Of a DNA stretch of 64,000 nt, positions 1-13,300 are shown one piece after another. The stretch is from Chrysomallon squamiferum (Eukaryota; Animalia; Mollusca): the NCBI GenBank assembly GCA_012295275.1, contig CM022670.1:5704001-5768000 (forward strand), written 5' to 3'. The notes below the pieces were generated by a model. The model searched no databases. It had not been told where the DNA came from and saw only the letters and a list, made by a program, of their open reading frames with translations. The translations under genes and the position numbers were made by a program. Position 1 is the first letter of the stretch. Each line of letters begins with the position of its first letter.

Positions 1-314
1 GGTGTATATTTTGTGTGTACATATAAATACTGCATATATTTCATGTGTACATATAAATACTGTGTATATTTCGCATGTACATACAAATACTGTGTTTATT
101 TCATGTGTACATATAAATCTGGTGTCTATTTTATGAGTACATATAAATACTGTGTAGATTTCACATATTCATATAAATAAGGTGTATATTTCATGTGTTC
201 ATATAAATACTTTGTATATTTCTGCCATGCATTTAAATGTTGTCTGTATTTCATGTATACATATAAATACTGTGTATATTTCACATGTAACTATAAATAC
301 TGTGCATATTTCAG
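1..314 (+). repeat. 30-bp minisatellite ending in the acceptor of the first TRPC coding exon
   Basis: About 10 copies of TGTGTATATTTCATGTGTACATATAAATAC; the last copy reads TGTGCATATTTCAG|GTGT. Confidence 0.9.
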
Positions 315-334
315 GTGTGGTCTGATTGTGAGAC

Positions 335-1164
335 ATGGACCGGGTGTACATGCAGTACAAGCAGTCGATGTTGAACACCAGTAGAATGATGGATGACTTA
401 GGTGTTGATGCGGATGGTGACAGTTTTGGGATGGGAGTGATTCGTAAGGAGCAAGATCTCAGCAATGACGAGAAGCAGTACCTGTTGGCTGTGGAGAGAG
501 GCGATGTCCCCTCAACACGTAACTACCTCAACAACCTCGCTGTCAACAAAATCAACATCAACTGTGTAGACCCACTGGGTCGGACAGCTCTGCTGATTGC
601 TATAGAAAATGAAAACATTGAAATGATTGAGCTTCTTCTTTCGTTCAATGTCGAGGTGGGTGATGCTCTCTTGCATGCTATCAATGAGCAGAATGTGGAA
701 GCTGTTGAGCTGTTGCTAAACCACGAAGTTGCCACAAAAGGAGAAGAGGTAAAAAAGATTTTCAATCAGTTTGTAATTCTGCATTCAGGATTATTTTTAT
801 TTTCAGAAAGTGTATCCTGATATTCTTATTTTGAAGAAAGAAAATCTATACATTTCATTAAGAACATCAATGTTGTAATATGTGTCTGTATAATGACATT
901 ACTTGACTGGTTACTTTAATATGGTACATCAATAAAGTGAGAACTTGTCTGTGAGATTAGCTGTACATCATAAAAACATTTCTAAACCTCCAGTGTGAGA
1001 TTTTTATCTTGTGTTTGCCTGACTGGTTAAAAAAGAACATGGTGTTAATTAGTGCATTTTGACGTGTGAATTGATGAGCACATTTGGACAGATTTTTGAC
1101 AAATGATTCTCCCATAGGTCAATTGTACATTTACTATATATATTTACTGCATATTATATTATTT

Positions 1165-1207
<43 letters not shown>

Positions 1208-2253
1208 TTATAACAGCATATGTTATTAGTAAATACTATTATATATTTTGGATAAGAATATATTTTTTATTGATTAAATTTATAAATAAATAAATAATCT
1301 GAAGTAACCTGACAAAACTGATAGCATAACCAGAAGCAACACAAGTAGTAAAGTTAACAAAGAGCAGTGTACAGTGCAATATAACAGTAATTAGCAGTGA
1401 TAACCTACAGTAACCTCCATTGTTAATACGTAGTAACCTTCCATGGTAACCATTGGTAACCAGTAGTAAGAGTAGGAATAGGAATAGCCTGGGACAGCTA
1501 AGTGACCTTTTTGAGAATTACTGGTTCTCTTTGTGGAGGTGAGGAAAGCGTGAGAGGAATAAAGTGGATTTGAAGATCATTGATCCAATTCATCATCTGC
1601 TGGCTGAGTGTGTCATTATGAGACAGCCATTACTGTGAAGAGTCAATTTGAAATTAATCACAACTTTCCAATTTGTTTAGCTGTGAGCGCACATTTCTCA
1701 AACTAATGTGCATTAAGGCAAACTGATCCACGTAGATTAGCATATACTGGAAATTGCACTTTCCTAATTAGTTGCTTTGATGACTGAAAACTAACACAGT
1801 TTAATAGAACTTAACTATTGTTAACTCTCTTTTCTTTTTCTCTTCCTGTTTTTTTTTGTTTTGTTTTAGTTGTTATTTTGTTTGTTTATTAGTCAGGTTA
1901 TCAATGGCTGCAATGGTCATGTTGTAGATAAACAGTTGTTTATCTTGTGTCAAGGAGCCTGCTGTGACGTTACACAATATAGACCTGATCTCTCTCGCTA
2001 CAGGCTGCTGTTAAAGCTAACATTACAACAATAAACAGTATTTTAATAACTGAAAACAGCAGTGTGCTGCTCTAATCATCAAGACATCTATATTGGATTT
2101 ATGACATTTTATTGATTTCAGTAATGAGACACAGTAATCAGGTAACAAAATATATGGTCTTATTATTGTTCTGTGACAGTCCAAAAGGAACTATTTTCTG
2201 CTGCTAATCATCCAGTACAAGTGATGAATATATAATGAGATCTATCTATCTAT

Positions 2254-2292
<39 letters not shown>

Positions 2293-5200
2293 CATACATA
2301 TATATAAATAACCTGTAGTAACCTGATACATATACATAGTGACATGTCTGGTTTCTGTGTCTGGTTGTGTGTTTCTGTGGAGACTAAATATCATTATGTC
2401 TACATGTCAAACACTGGTTTCAGTTGTATTTTAAACCATGTGTCTATTTATTCAAACAGTAAGTTAACAGTTGTATTTTAAACCAGTGTCTATTTATTCA
2501 AACAATAAGTAAAACCACAATGACAGTTGTATTTTAAACCAGTGTCTGTTTATTCAAACAATAAGTAAAACCACAATGACAGTTGTATTTTAAACCAGTG
2601 TCTGTTTATTCAAACAATAAGTAAAACCACAATGACAGTTTTTTTAAACCAGTGTCTGTTTATTCAAACAATAAGTACAATAAGTAAAACCACAATGACA
2701 GTTGTAGTTTAAACCAGTGTCTGTTTATTCAAACAATAAGTAAAACCACAATAACAGTTGTATTTTAAACCAGTGTCTATTTATTCAAACAATAAGTAAG
2801 ACAGTTGATTTAACAGATTAACATGTAGCTGTTAAAATTGGTCTTTAAATTCCCATTACAAGAGTCACAATAATCCTCTTATTGTAATCTCATCCAGTAT
2901 TATACAACAGTTGTTATATGTATAATCTTGTTCAGTACATTATTGTAAATGGCACTGGTTATTAATAATCATACTGTTCCATAGGTGTTATAAATATATT
3001 ATTATTAACAATCTGTATTAGTTTTGTTCACTCAGTCTTACTGAGGCAGGTTCGGTTGCCTCAATGTAACCATTCAGTTGTTTCTCATTCCAACCAGTGT
3101 GCTGTTATTTAGTTATTAATATATTATTGGGTTTTTTCATTTCATAAGAAGTTTCATATAAAAAATATTTTAGTGCTGATTGAAAAAAGCAGTTGGCTGC
3201 TTTAGTGATTATCATTTTGTTAAATTGTAAATTTAAAAGCATTTCTTCTTTTTGCTACACAATATTTCTCCAAAAACCTGAGGTTTCTTATTTTAAACGA
3301 AATATAAATATATTATTTTTTTAAATAATTTTAGAAAAATGAATATATTACTACAAAATGTTGACTGTAGACTGTAAAGTTTTACTTTAAAACAAAAAAA
3401 ACAAAACAAAAAAGATGATTCTTGAATATCTTAACAAAAAATAAAAACAAAGTTTAAGTGCTATTTTCAACAGCAGATGAAAAATATTAATATGTACTTT
3501 TCACTCATTGATAGAAAATATGTATTCACTATATGTTATAATAACCATTGTCTGAAGGCTTTGTTATTTGAACTACTCACAGAGAATGTATTTTACTGTT
3601 TTAGGCCTTACACAAACAAGAAAGTGTTCCCTCCAGTTCATTCACCCCTGACATCACCCCCATCATCCTGGCCGGCCACAGAGACAACTACGAAATCATC
3701 CAGATTCTCCTCAACCGTGGATACCGCATCCCCAAACCTCACAACGTGCGCTGCAACTGCCACGACTGTGTGCATGGCATGCAGGACGACAGCCTGCGAC
3801 ACAGCCGATCTCGAATCAACGCCTACAAAGCGTTAGCCAGTCCATCTCTGATTGCCCTGTCCAGCAAGGATCCCATCCTGACGTCGTTTGAACTCAGTCG
3901 TGAGCTGAAAACCTTGAGCAGGCTGGAAAATGAGTTCAAAGTGGACTATGAGAAACTTGCTCAAAAGTGTCAGGATTTCGCAGTGGATTTGTTGGAACAA
4001 ACCCGCGGGTCGCGAGAACTGTCCATCATTCTGAACCATGACACGTCCTCAGCCGTGTCAGACGAGAAAGAGGCTGAAAAAACCAAACTGAGTCGACTCA
4101 AGCTGGCCATCAAATACAAACAGAAAAAGGTGATTTCTTATTTTTATACTTTATTTCTTACCGTATTCTGTTTGTTTTCCTGTTTTACATGTGACAGTAT
4201 ATATTTGTACTGTACTGAACAGCAATTAACAGTGTTGCAGTTTCAGTTATAACATTTTTGATACTAAGTGTATTAAATACTATTAAAACAAAATTGTAGT
4301 CTTGGTTACAAAATATATAACACTAATGGAATTAGACAGTGTTAAAATTGATTTGAATAGTATGTAAATAATATTAAAAATATATTTAATTGTTGTAGTT
4401 TGTGGCACACCCGAACTGTCAGCAGCTACTTGCATCTCTGTGGTACGAAGGTCTGCCTGGATTTCGACGTCACAACATAATCACCAAACTGCTCATCACG
4501 CTCACTATTGGACTTCTCTTTCCTTTCCTCTCATTCATGTACCTGATAGCACCAAAGTGTGCAGTGGGAAACATCATCCGCAAACCCTTCATCAAATTCA
4601 TCGTCCATAGCACGTCATATCTTGTGTTTCTGTGTGAGTATCTTTTACATCTTATACATATAGCATGTCATGTCTTGTGTTTCTGTGTATCTTATACATA
4701 TAGCACGTCATGTCTTGTGTTTCTTGTGATTATCTTTTACATCTTATACATATAGCACATCATATCTTGTGTTTCTTTTGATTATCTTTTACATCTTATA
4801 CATAAAGCACATCATATCTTGTGTTTCTTTTGATTATCTTTTACATCTTATACATATAGCACATCATATCTTGTGTTTCTTGTGATTATCTTTTACATCT
4901 TATACATAAAGCACATCATGTCTTGTGTTTCTTGTGATTATCTTTTACATCTTATACATATAGCACATCATATCTTGTGTTTCTTTTGATTATCTTTTAC
5001 ATCTTATACATAAATATCACTTCATTTCTTGTGTGTCTGTGTTTTTTACATGTATGTATCACTTCATTTCATGTTTCTCATACATTTTATAAATATCATT
5101 TCATATCTTGTTTCTTTTTGAGTATCTTTTTGCATATTAGACATTGCACTTCATTTCTTGTGTTGTGTTTTTTTTGTGTTTTTTTCTTTTTTTTTTGTAT

Positions 5201-7277
5201 CTCTTATATCTTATATATACAAATATAAAGCTACTCAGATGTAATTTCCTGCATACAAAATAAATCATGGGTAATTTCCAGGGTACAAAAGACTGGTGTG
5301 TAATTCTTGTGTACAAAACAACTCATGTGTAGCTTCCTGTGTATAAAACAACTTATGTGTAATTTCCTATGTACAAAACAATTTGTTGTAATTTCAAAAT
5401 AACTCATGTGTGATTCCTGTGTACAAAATAACTCATGTGTAATTCCTGTGTGCAAAAAAACTCAAGTGTAACTTCCTGTATACAAAACAACTCATGTGTA
5501 ACTTCCTGTGTACAAAACAACTCACATGTAATTTTCTGTGTACAAACCAATTCATTGTACTTCCTGTTAATTAGCTATGCACAGAATAACAATAATTTCC
5601 TGTATTAGTGTAATTAAAAGAAAAAATACATGACTAACATCAAATGATATTTCTTAATTTTTAGTGAATTAATTGATGAATATTAATTGTTTAAACAAAT
5701 GATTAATAGTTTAAATGAATGAGGGATTGCAAAAGTTAATATTTGCAACCTTTGTTAGTGTTAATTCAAATTATCAGTAAAATGTTTTTGCTGTGTTAAA
5801 TGGTTAATTTAGTGAAACATCCAATTTAATACTTATTATATGTTCAAAATTTTGGATTGGAACAAAGGAGCAAAGCATTTTTCAGTAGGTTGTATTTCAG
5901 CATCTGATTTTGATTCATGCATGAATGAAATATATGACATTTATACACATTCTGAAAGATGATGGGAAAATGGTACACATGTGGTTGGATAAATATGATC
6001 TTTGAATTACACTTAAAAAATGCTATGAACTTTTGCATAAGTAATGTTTTATTATTTCTAATTGTAACATTAGTGTATAAAGTAATACTTTATTTTTAGT
6101 TGTAATATTTGTATAGAAAGTAATATTTATTTTGTAATTCTAGTAGCAACATTTATGTATAAAGTAATATTTTATTTTTAATTGTAATATTTATATATAA
6201 AGTAATATTTGTATATAAAGTAATATTTGTATTTAAAGTAATATTTATTTTATAATTTTTATAATTTTGTTACATTTGTGTATAAAGTAATATTTTATTT
6301 TTTATTTGTAATATTTGTGTATAAAGTAATATTTTGTTAATTTAAACTCAAGTACGTATTTATAACAGAAATTAGTGTTTGTCTTCACTAGGAATTCACC
6401 ACTCATTTTACACTTGAGTTTGGTTGCCATGGTGACTGCGTAATGAATAGACATGCTGTTGTATTCACTTTTTAAATGTAATTTTATAGAAATGGGTCAT
6501 CTCAGACTGAGATTGAAGATTTCACTGTAAAATTTTCCATTTTATCTAGTTCAGCTCGTACTGATATTTCTGCATTGATTTTTTAATGATTTCTGTTTGT
6601 AGCAAATCTTCAAAGGCAAAAGCTAGCAGATTTAACAAACTGAAGCAAACGAGAAAAAAGGAAATGTGGAGAAAGTGTTGGTGCACTAAAATAAAAAACC
6701 CACTGCTTGTCTTTGTTTGATGTTAATGTACAGTCACCAATATCTTTCTGACATTGATAAGTCATGCCACACACACACAAACAACACACCCAAACATACA
6801 CAGTACACACATACACATCACAACAAGTATCCATCCATATACAAAACAATACACACACATAAACATACACATTCACACAAATACAGACAGAGAGAGGGAG
6901 AAATACTATATGCAAAAACATATTTACAAAGTTGAAAGTTCAGTGCGTTTTAAAAGATATCAGTGCTTCTGAAATTTTGATCATAACATGAATGTTACAA
7001 ACTGAAGATTGGTTGTTTAAAAATTGTTTTCTTTTAAAGTGTGTTGAGTTGGTGGGAGAAATGTGACATGTTATGATTTGTAAATTCTGTAAATTACTCT
7101 GGTAGAGGTAAACACTCACAGATGTACAGCCCAGTGAAAACTGATTAACATCTGAAAGAACTAACTGTGTAATAAATTCTTGTTGAAATGAAATAAGTAA
7201 TAAACAACACACTGCCTTTACATTTTATATAAAAAAAAACAGTTTTCTCTTTATAAATATAGTTGTCTTCTTCTGCA

Positions 7278-7337
<60 letters not shown>

Positions 7338-10300
7338 CACACAGATGTGTATGTATAGATATGATAATGTAGGTTACTATGGTGACAATGATTACTGTAA
7401 ATATGATGTCTGTGTAAACTGATAATTTAGTTCTAAATATCAAATTAATTTTTGTTCTTCTCAAAAACAAAAATGACCTTTTCAGCTAAATGTTTTTTTT
7501 AAAAGTCATAAGAATTTTTTTTTTTTTTTTATTGTTTTTATATTAAAACCTCAGAGGTTTCAGAAACAACCTTCAGTCAATGTTCATGAACCACTCTTCC
7601 ATTTTATTGATCAATACACAGCTTCTTGTTTCCAGCAAAATACAGACTCTCATTCATTTAAACCAAAAGTAATAACAATTTGTAAACATTTATTATATTA
7701 CTTACATAAGTACAGCATTAATCTGTTTATATCCAGTATACTTTTGTCTTCATCGAGTTATGAGTAGAATACGAAATGTTAATATGCACAGTTACAAATA
7801 AAATGTGATATTTACATGTTGCTATGAAAACAATATTCACTTTTACACTGATAAATTCTACATCTGTAAATTACATAGTTTTCATACTGTCACAGATAAC
7901 ATATTAATGTTATATGTTACAAAGGTATGAATTAAATATGACATACTTAACATTTCAGCCTACAGTTTGCTATGTTTACAGTTGTGTTTGCAAATCACTT
8001 GTTTACAAGATGGTGTACAAAAGAGAGCGGGGAGTTTTGTAGTAAATCAATGTAAATCAGTTAAAAGAACTAGACATACAATCAGTGCTGATCTGATACA
8101 AAAATAAAAAGAATTATTTGATTAGCATCGCAAGCTCTTTCATACTGCCTATGTATGTACTAAATACTAACATTTTTATTTTCATAGCTGTGTTTGTAAT
8201 TTTATTTTATTTATTTATTTTTGTTTACTCCTATGAAAATGTCCATGTATTCCTGAGTATTAACCACATTTTCACTCTCTGTTCTCATTTTTTTTTGTAT
8301 AGATATATTTCTGTTTTCTTCATTTATTTATTTTTTTATTTTTTTTTAAATTATAATTTTTTAATATTTTTTGTATTAAATTTTCATTGTTCATTGTTCT
8401 TTCATTAGAGATTTAGATGCCTTTTGGTCATGATGTTCAGTACATAAAATTTAAGAAGAGATCATCATTTTTGTTAATGAAGATGTTTTTATTTGACAGT
8501 TTTATTAATACTGGTCTCACAAAGAGTTGAACTGCCCACCTTCTACCCAGAGGAGGAGGCAAGGCGGGTAGCTGGCTCAGATGTGAAGTCAGAGCTGCGG
8601 GGAGCACCTGCGTCCACTGTTGAAATGTTTATATTAGCGTATGTTGCAGGTGAGTTGAGGTGTTTAACCACTGTACCTGTTTATAACACACAGGTGTGTT
8701 CTTTGTTTTATATCAGCAGATTTCATGACAGTTACTTAACTATGTATACTATACATTCTAAATGAAGATAAAAATGAAAATAAAATATTTACATAACCTG
8801 TTTCCTTTATTATTACTGTTATTATTATTACCATTGTCATCATCATCATCATCATCAACATCCTCATCTTCATCAACGTAGTAATAGTAATAGGTGGTGG
8901 TGGTGATGGTGTTGTAGAAATTCTTGTTCTGGTAGTAGTAGTAGTAGTAGTAGTAGTAGTATAGCCAAAAACAATGTGATTATCATAGAACTGAACATTG
9001 CTGTTTAAATAATTAAAGGGTGTATTTTTACAGGACTGATGTGGACTGAGATAAAACAACTGTGGAACAGTGGAGCTAAAGAATACATCTACGACATGTG
9101 GAACATATTAGACTTTGTAACCAACTCACTGTATGTAGCAACATTCACACTGAGACTGCTAGCCTGGATACAGGTAATTACTAACTTACTAACAAGCAAC
9201 ATTCACACCGAGACTGCTAGCCTGGATACAGGTAATTACTAACTTACTAACAAGCAACATTCGTCGTGAGACTGGTAGCCTGGATACAGGTAATTACTAA
9301 CAAGCAACATTCACACTGAGACTGCTAGCCTGGATACAGGTAATTACTAACTTACTAACAAGCAACATTCATCGTGAGACTGGTAGCCTGGATACAGGTA
9401 ATTACTAACAAGCAACATTCACACTGAGACTGCTAGCCTGGATACAGGTAATTACTAACTTACTAACAAGCAACATTCATCGTGAGACTGGTAGCCTGGA
9501 TACAGGTAATTACTAACTTACTAACAAGCAACATTCATTGTGAGACTGGTAGCCTGGATACAGGTAATTACTAACTTACTAACAAGCAACATTCACACTG
9601 AGACTGCTAGCCTGGATACAGGTAATTACTAACTTACTAACAAGCAACATTCATCGTGAGACTGGTAGCCTGGATACAGGTAATTACTAACTTACTAACA
9701 AGCAACATTCATCGTGAGACTGGTAGCCTGGATACAGGTAATTACTAACTTACTAACTTACTAACAAGCAACATTCACACTGAGACTGCTAGCCTGGATA
9801 CAGGTAATTACTAACTTACTAACAAGCAACATTCACACTGAGAGTGCCAGCCTGGATACAGGTATATTGCTAATTTACTAACAAGTAACATTCATCGTGA
9901 GACTGGTAGCCTGGATACAGGTAATTACTAACTTACTAACTTACTAACAAGCAACATTCACACTGAGACTGCTAGCCTGGATACAGGTAATTACTAACTT
10001 ACTAACAAGCAACAATCACACTGAGAGTGCCAGCCTGGATACATGTATATTGCTAATTTACTAGCATGGATACAAGTATTTATTAACTTACAAGCAATAT
10101 TCACACTATTACTAGCTTGGATACAGATATTTACTAACTTTCTGTCAGTATGTAGTATGTGCATTACTGAAGGCGTATGTGTACATATGTGTATTTGTGA
10201 GTGTTTAATCTATATCTGCCGGCATATTTGTCCATTCATCTGTTTTTGTTGTTGCTAGACAGTGATGATAACATGGTGTATGACATCACAGCTAACACGT

Positions 10301-13300
10301 GTAGAAAACCTGTACGTTCGACTTACTGATAAGCTATGTGCTGACCGCTGACTAACCAGACATTTTCTCTATCTGTCAGATCTGTCTGTCTGTCTGTTGG
10401 TGTAGTGATAAGAAATAAACCAAGCATGAAGGGTATCTTTGAAATCTTTTCACTGAATGCTGCACAGATCAGATTTTCACTTGACAGACTCGGCATCTGT
10501 TACACCTCGTTTCCTTGACACAGTAGTTTTTCTTTTGTGACGTAATAAACACTGAATTTTCTCATCACGTACATTTTCTTCAAGAATTTTGTCTTTTGTG
10601 ACGTAATAAACACTGATATTTTTCACTGCGTACATTTTCCTAGAGAGCAGCTGTTTGTCTTTTGTGACGTAATAAACAATGATTTTTCTGATAACGTAAT
10701 TTTTCTTGTTTCTTTACATCTCCTCTGTGGTGTACAGTGTAGCTTTATATTATGGCTTTAATAATGTTTGTTCCTAACCAATAAATGTAAATATATGATG
10801 TTGTTTCTATGTTGCAAATTAAAGAAATTTGGTTATTGATATTTTGATTTTGCATTAACTTACGATGTGTTTTTGTGTTGTCATCAACACAGGTTTAATA
10901 GTGTTCTTTTGTACGGTAATGGATTTGTAGTCTGTAAACACAGCAACACTGTTGTATTGAAATGACAAAGGAATGATTCTCAGATCAATACAGAATAGTT
11001 TAGTTGAAGTTCTAGATAATTTTTTTTTTGAACCCATGGGAGTTCATGGTTTATAACACAATAATGATGAATTTTTATCTTGCTATCGTGAAAACGAGAT
11101 CTCTGTGTTTTGTAAGTACGAAAGGTAAGAGATCGTCGTCATTTATACATTTTATTTTCCAGGTTATATAATGAATATCTCAACTGTTTGGCGTGTTTTT
11201 GCATCATACAAAGCTGTAATACCATGTTGAATTTTCAGGTTAAACACGAAAGAGATGTGCACGACCCGCGAGCTGACTTAGAGCGAAAAGACTGGGACGC
11301 CTACGACCCGAACCTCATTTCAGAGGCGTTGTTTGCCGCAGCAAACATCTTCAGTTCTCTAAAACTGATTTACATTTTCACTGTGAATCCGCACCTGGGA
11401 CCCTTGCAGATCTCTCTCGGCAGGATGATAATGGACATTATGAAGTTTGGCTGCGTGTATCTCATTGTGCTAGTCTCGTTTGCGTCAGGGCTCAATCATC
11501 TCTACTGGTACTATGCAACTGTGCGCAAAGACGAGTGCAACAGTGGAAACTTACAGTCCTGTGAAAGAAAATATAAAAGTTTTGCCAAGTACGTTAAAAT
11601 ACTTTTATAACTTTTCATTCATGTAAATGTTTCATGAAGTTAAAATATTGTTATAACTTTTTATACAACGTAAATATTTGATAAAGGTGAAATAGTTTTA
11701 TAACCTTTTTTAATTTTTTTTTTTTTTTTTTTTAGATTGTAGATATTTGATAAAATCAAAACGTTTTTATAACACTTTATAGTGTAAATATTTTATGAAG
11801 TTAAATTATTGTTATAACAATTTATACAAAGTAGATACTTCATAAAGTTGAAATATTGTTACAGAGATTTTATATGATCCAAATATTTCATAAAGTTGAT
11901 ATATTCTTATTAAGTTTTATAAAATGTAAATATTTCATAAAGTAAGTTGATATAATTCTTAATAGTTTTACACAAAATGAATAAATGTATCTCAAATAAA
12001 ACAGTGGTGTATAATCAAAAACCAGTCTACAAAAATTAACCTGAATAAAACCAGATCTTTTGTTTATATCCTTTGTAACATGTACAAACACATTTAGTTA
12101 CTGTTTATATTTCCAGTCTGTTTGAAATTTCTCAAAGTCTCTACTGGTCTATCTATGGACTGGTGGACTTAGAATCTGCTGAGCTGCGGCCCAGGTTTAA
12201 ACATGAGTTCACTGAGTTTATAGGAAAACTCATGTTTGGCACTTACAGCTGGATTGCTTTTGTTGTTCTCCTCAACATGCTCATAGCAATGATGAGTAAC
12301 TCATATCAAATTATATATGTAAGTATATAGCTCACATACCTTTGTGTAAAATAACTCATATCAAATTATTTATGTAAGTATATAGCTCACATACTTGTGT
12401 GTGTATTAACTGATATCAATTTATATGTGTAAGTATATAATTCCACATACCAAACAATAACTCATACCAAACTATATGTGTAGGTAAATAAATCGTAGAC
12501 TTTTGTGTTTAATAACTCATATAAAATTATAAATATATATATATAAGTATACAATACATACACATATACCTTTGTGTATAATAATAACTCATATCAAATA
12601 ATATATAATATATATATATATATAATTCAAATATCTTTGCTTATAATACCTTATATGAAATTATATATGTAAAGATATTACATACTTTTCATACATAGTA
12701 ACTCATATCAACATATAAATGTGAGTATATAACTCATATACCTTTGTGTTTAATATTTCACACTGGATTATATCTGTAACTATTTAACTCATATGGCTGT
12801 GTATAATCATCACTCATTATGTAAGTACACAGCTTATATCAAAATGTATACAAAAGTGAATAACTCATTAAGAATAATATGGTAATATATAACTGTTTTA
12901 AAGTAGTTCATATAAAATATAATATACAAAAGTGTATTTCTAAAAACAGTCATGAGAATTTTGTTGTAACTTCAATTAAACAATGTCTCATAAGACTAAA
13001 CCGTAAAAGTTCAAAACAGGAAGTTGACGACTCAGTCTTATGTGAATTTTGCTGGTAGTTAATTTTTGATGATTTTTTGAGAAATGTGTTGGGAAAAATG
13101 AATTAACAAAAAACTAATATAAAACATTTAATTATAGAATATAAAACAAATGTTTGAAATAAAAATGGTTGGGATAAAAACATCTAATTAATTTGTCACT
13201 GTAAAACATGAATATAAAATCATCTAAAATTACAAAATACAAAAAACTCAATATAAAACATCAAATAAAATATAAAACTCACAAAGAAATATAAAACATC

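Noticed and set aside
9138-10140. CRISPR-like repeat-spacer appearance
   Set aside because: The units are contiguous with no unique spacers, the context is a eukaryotic intron, and no cas genes are present.
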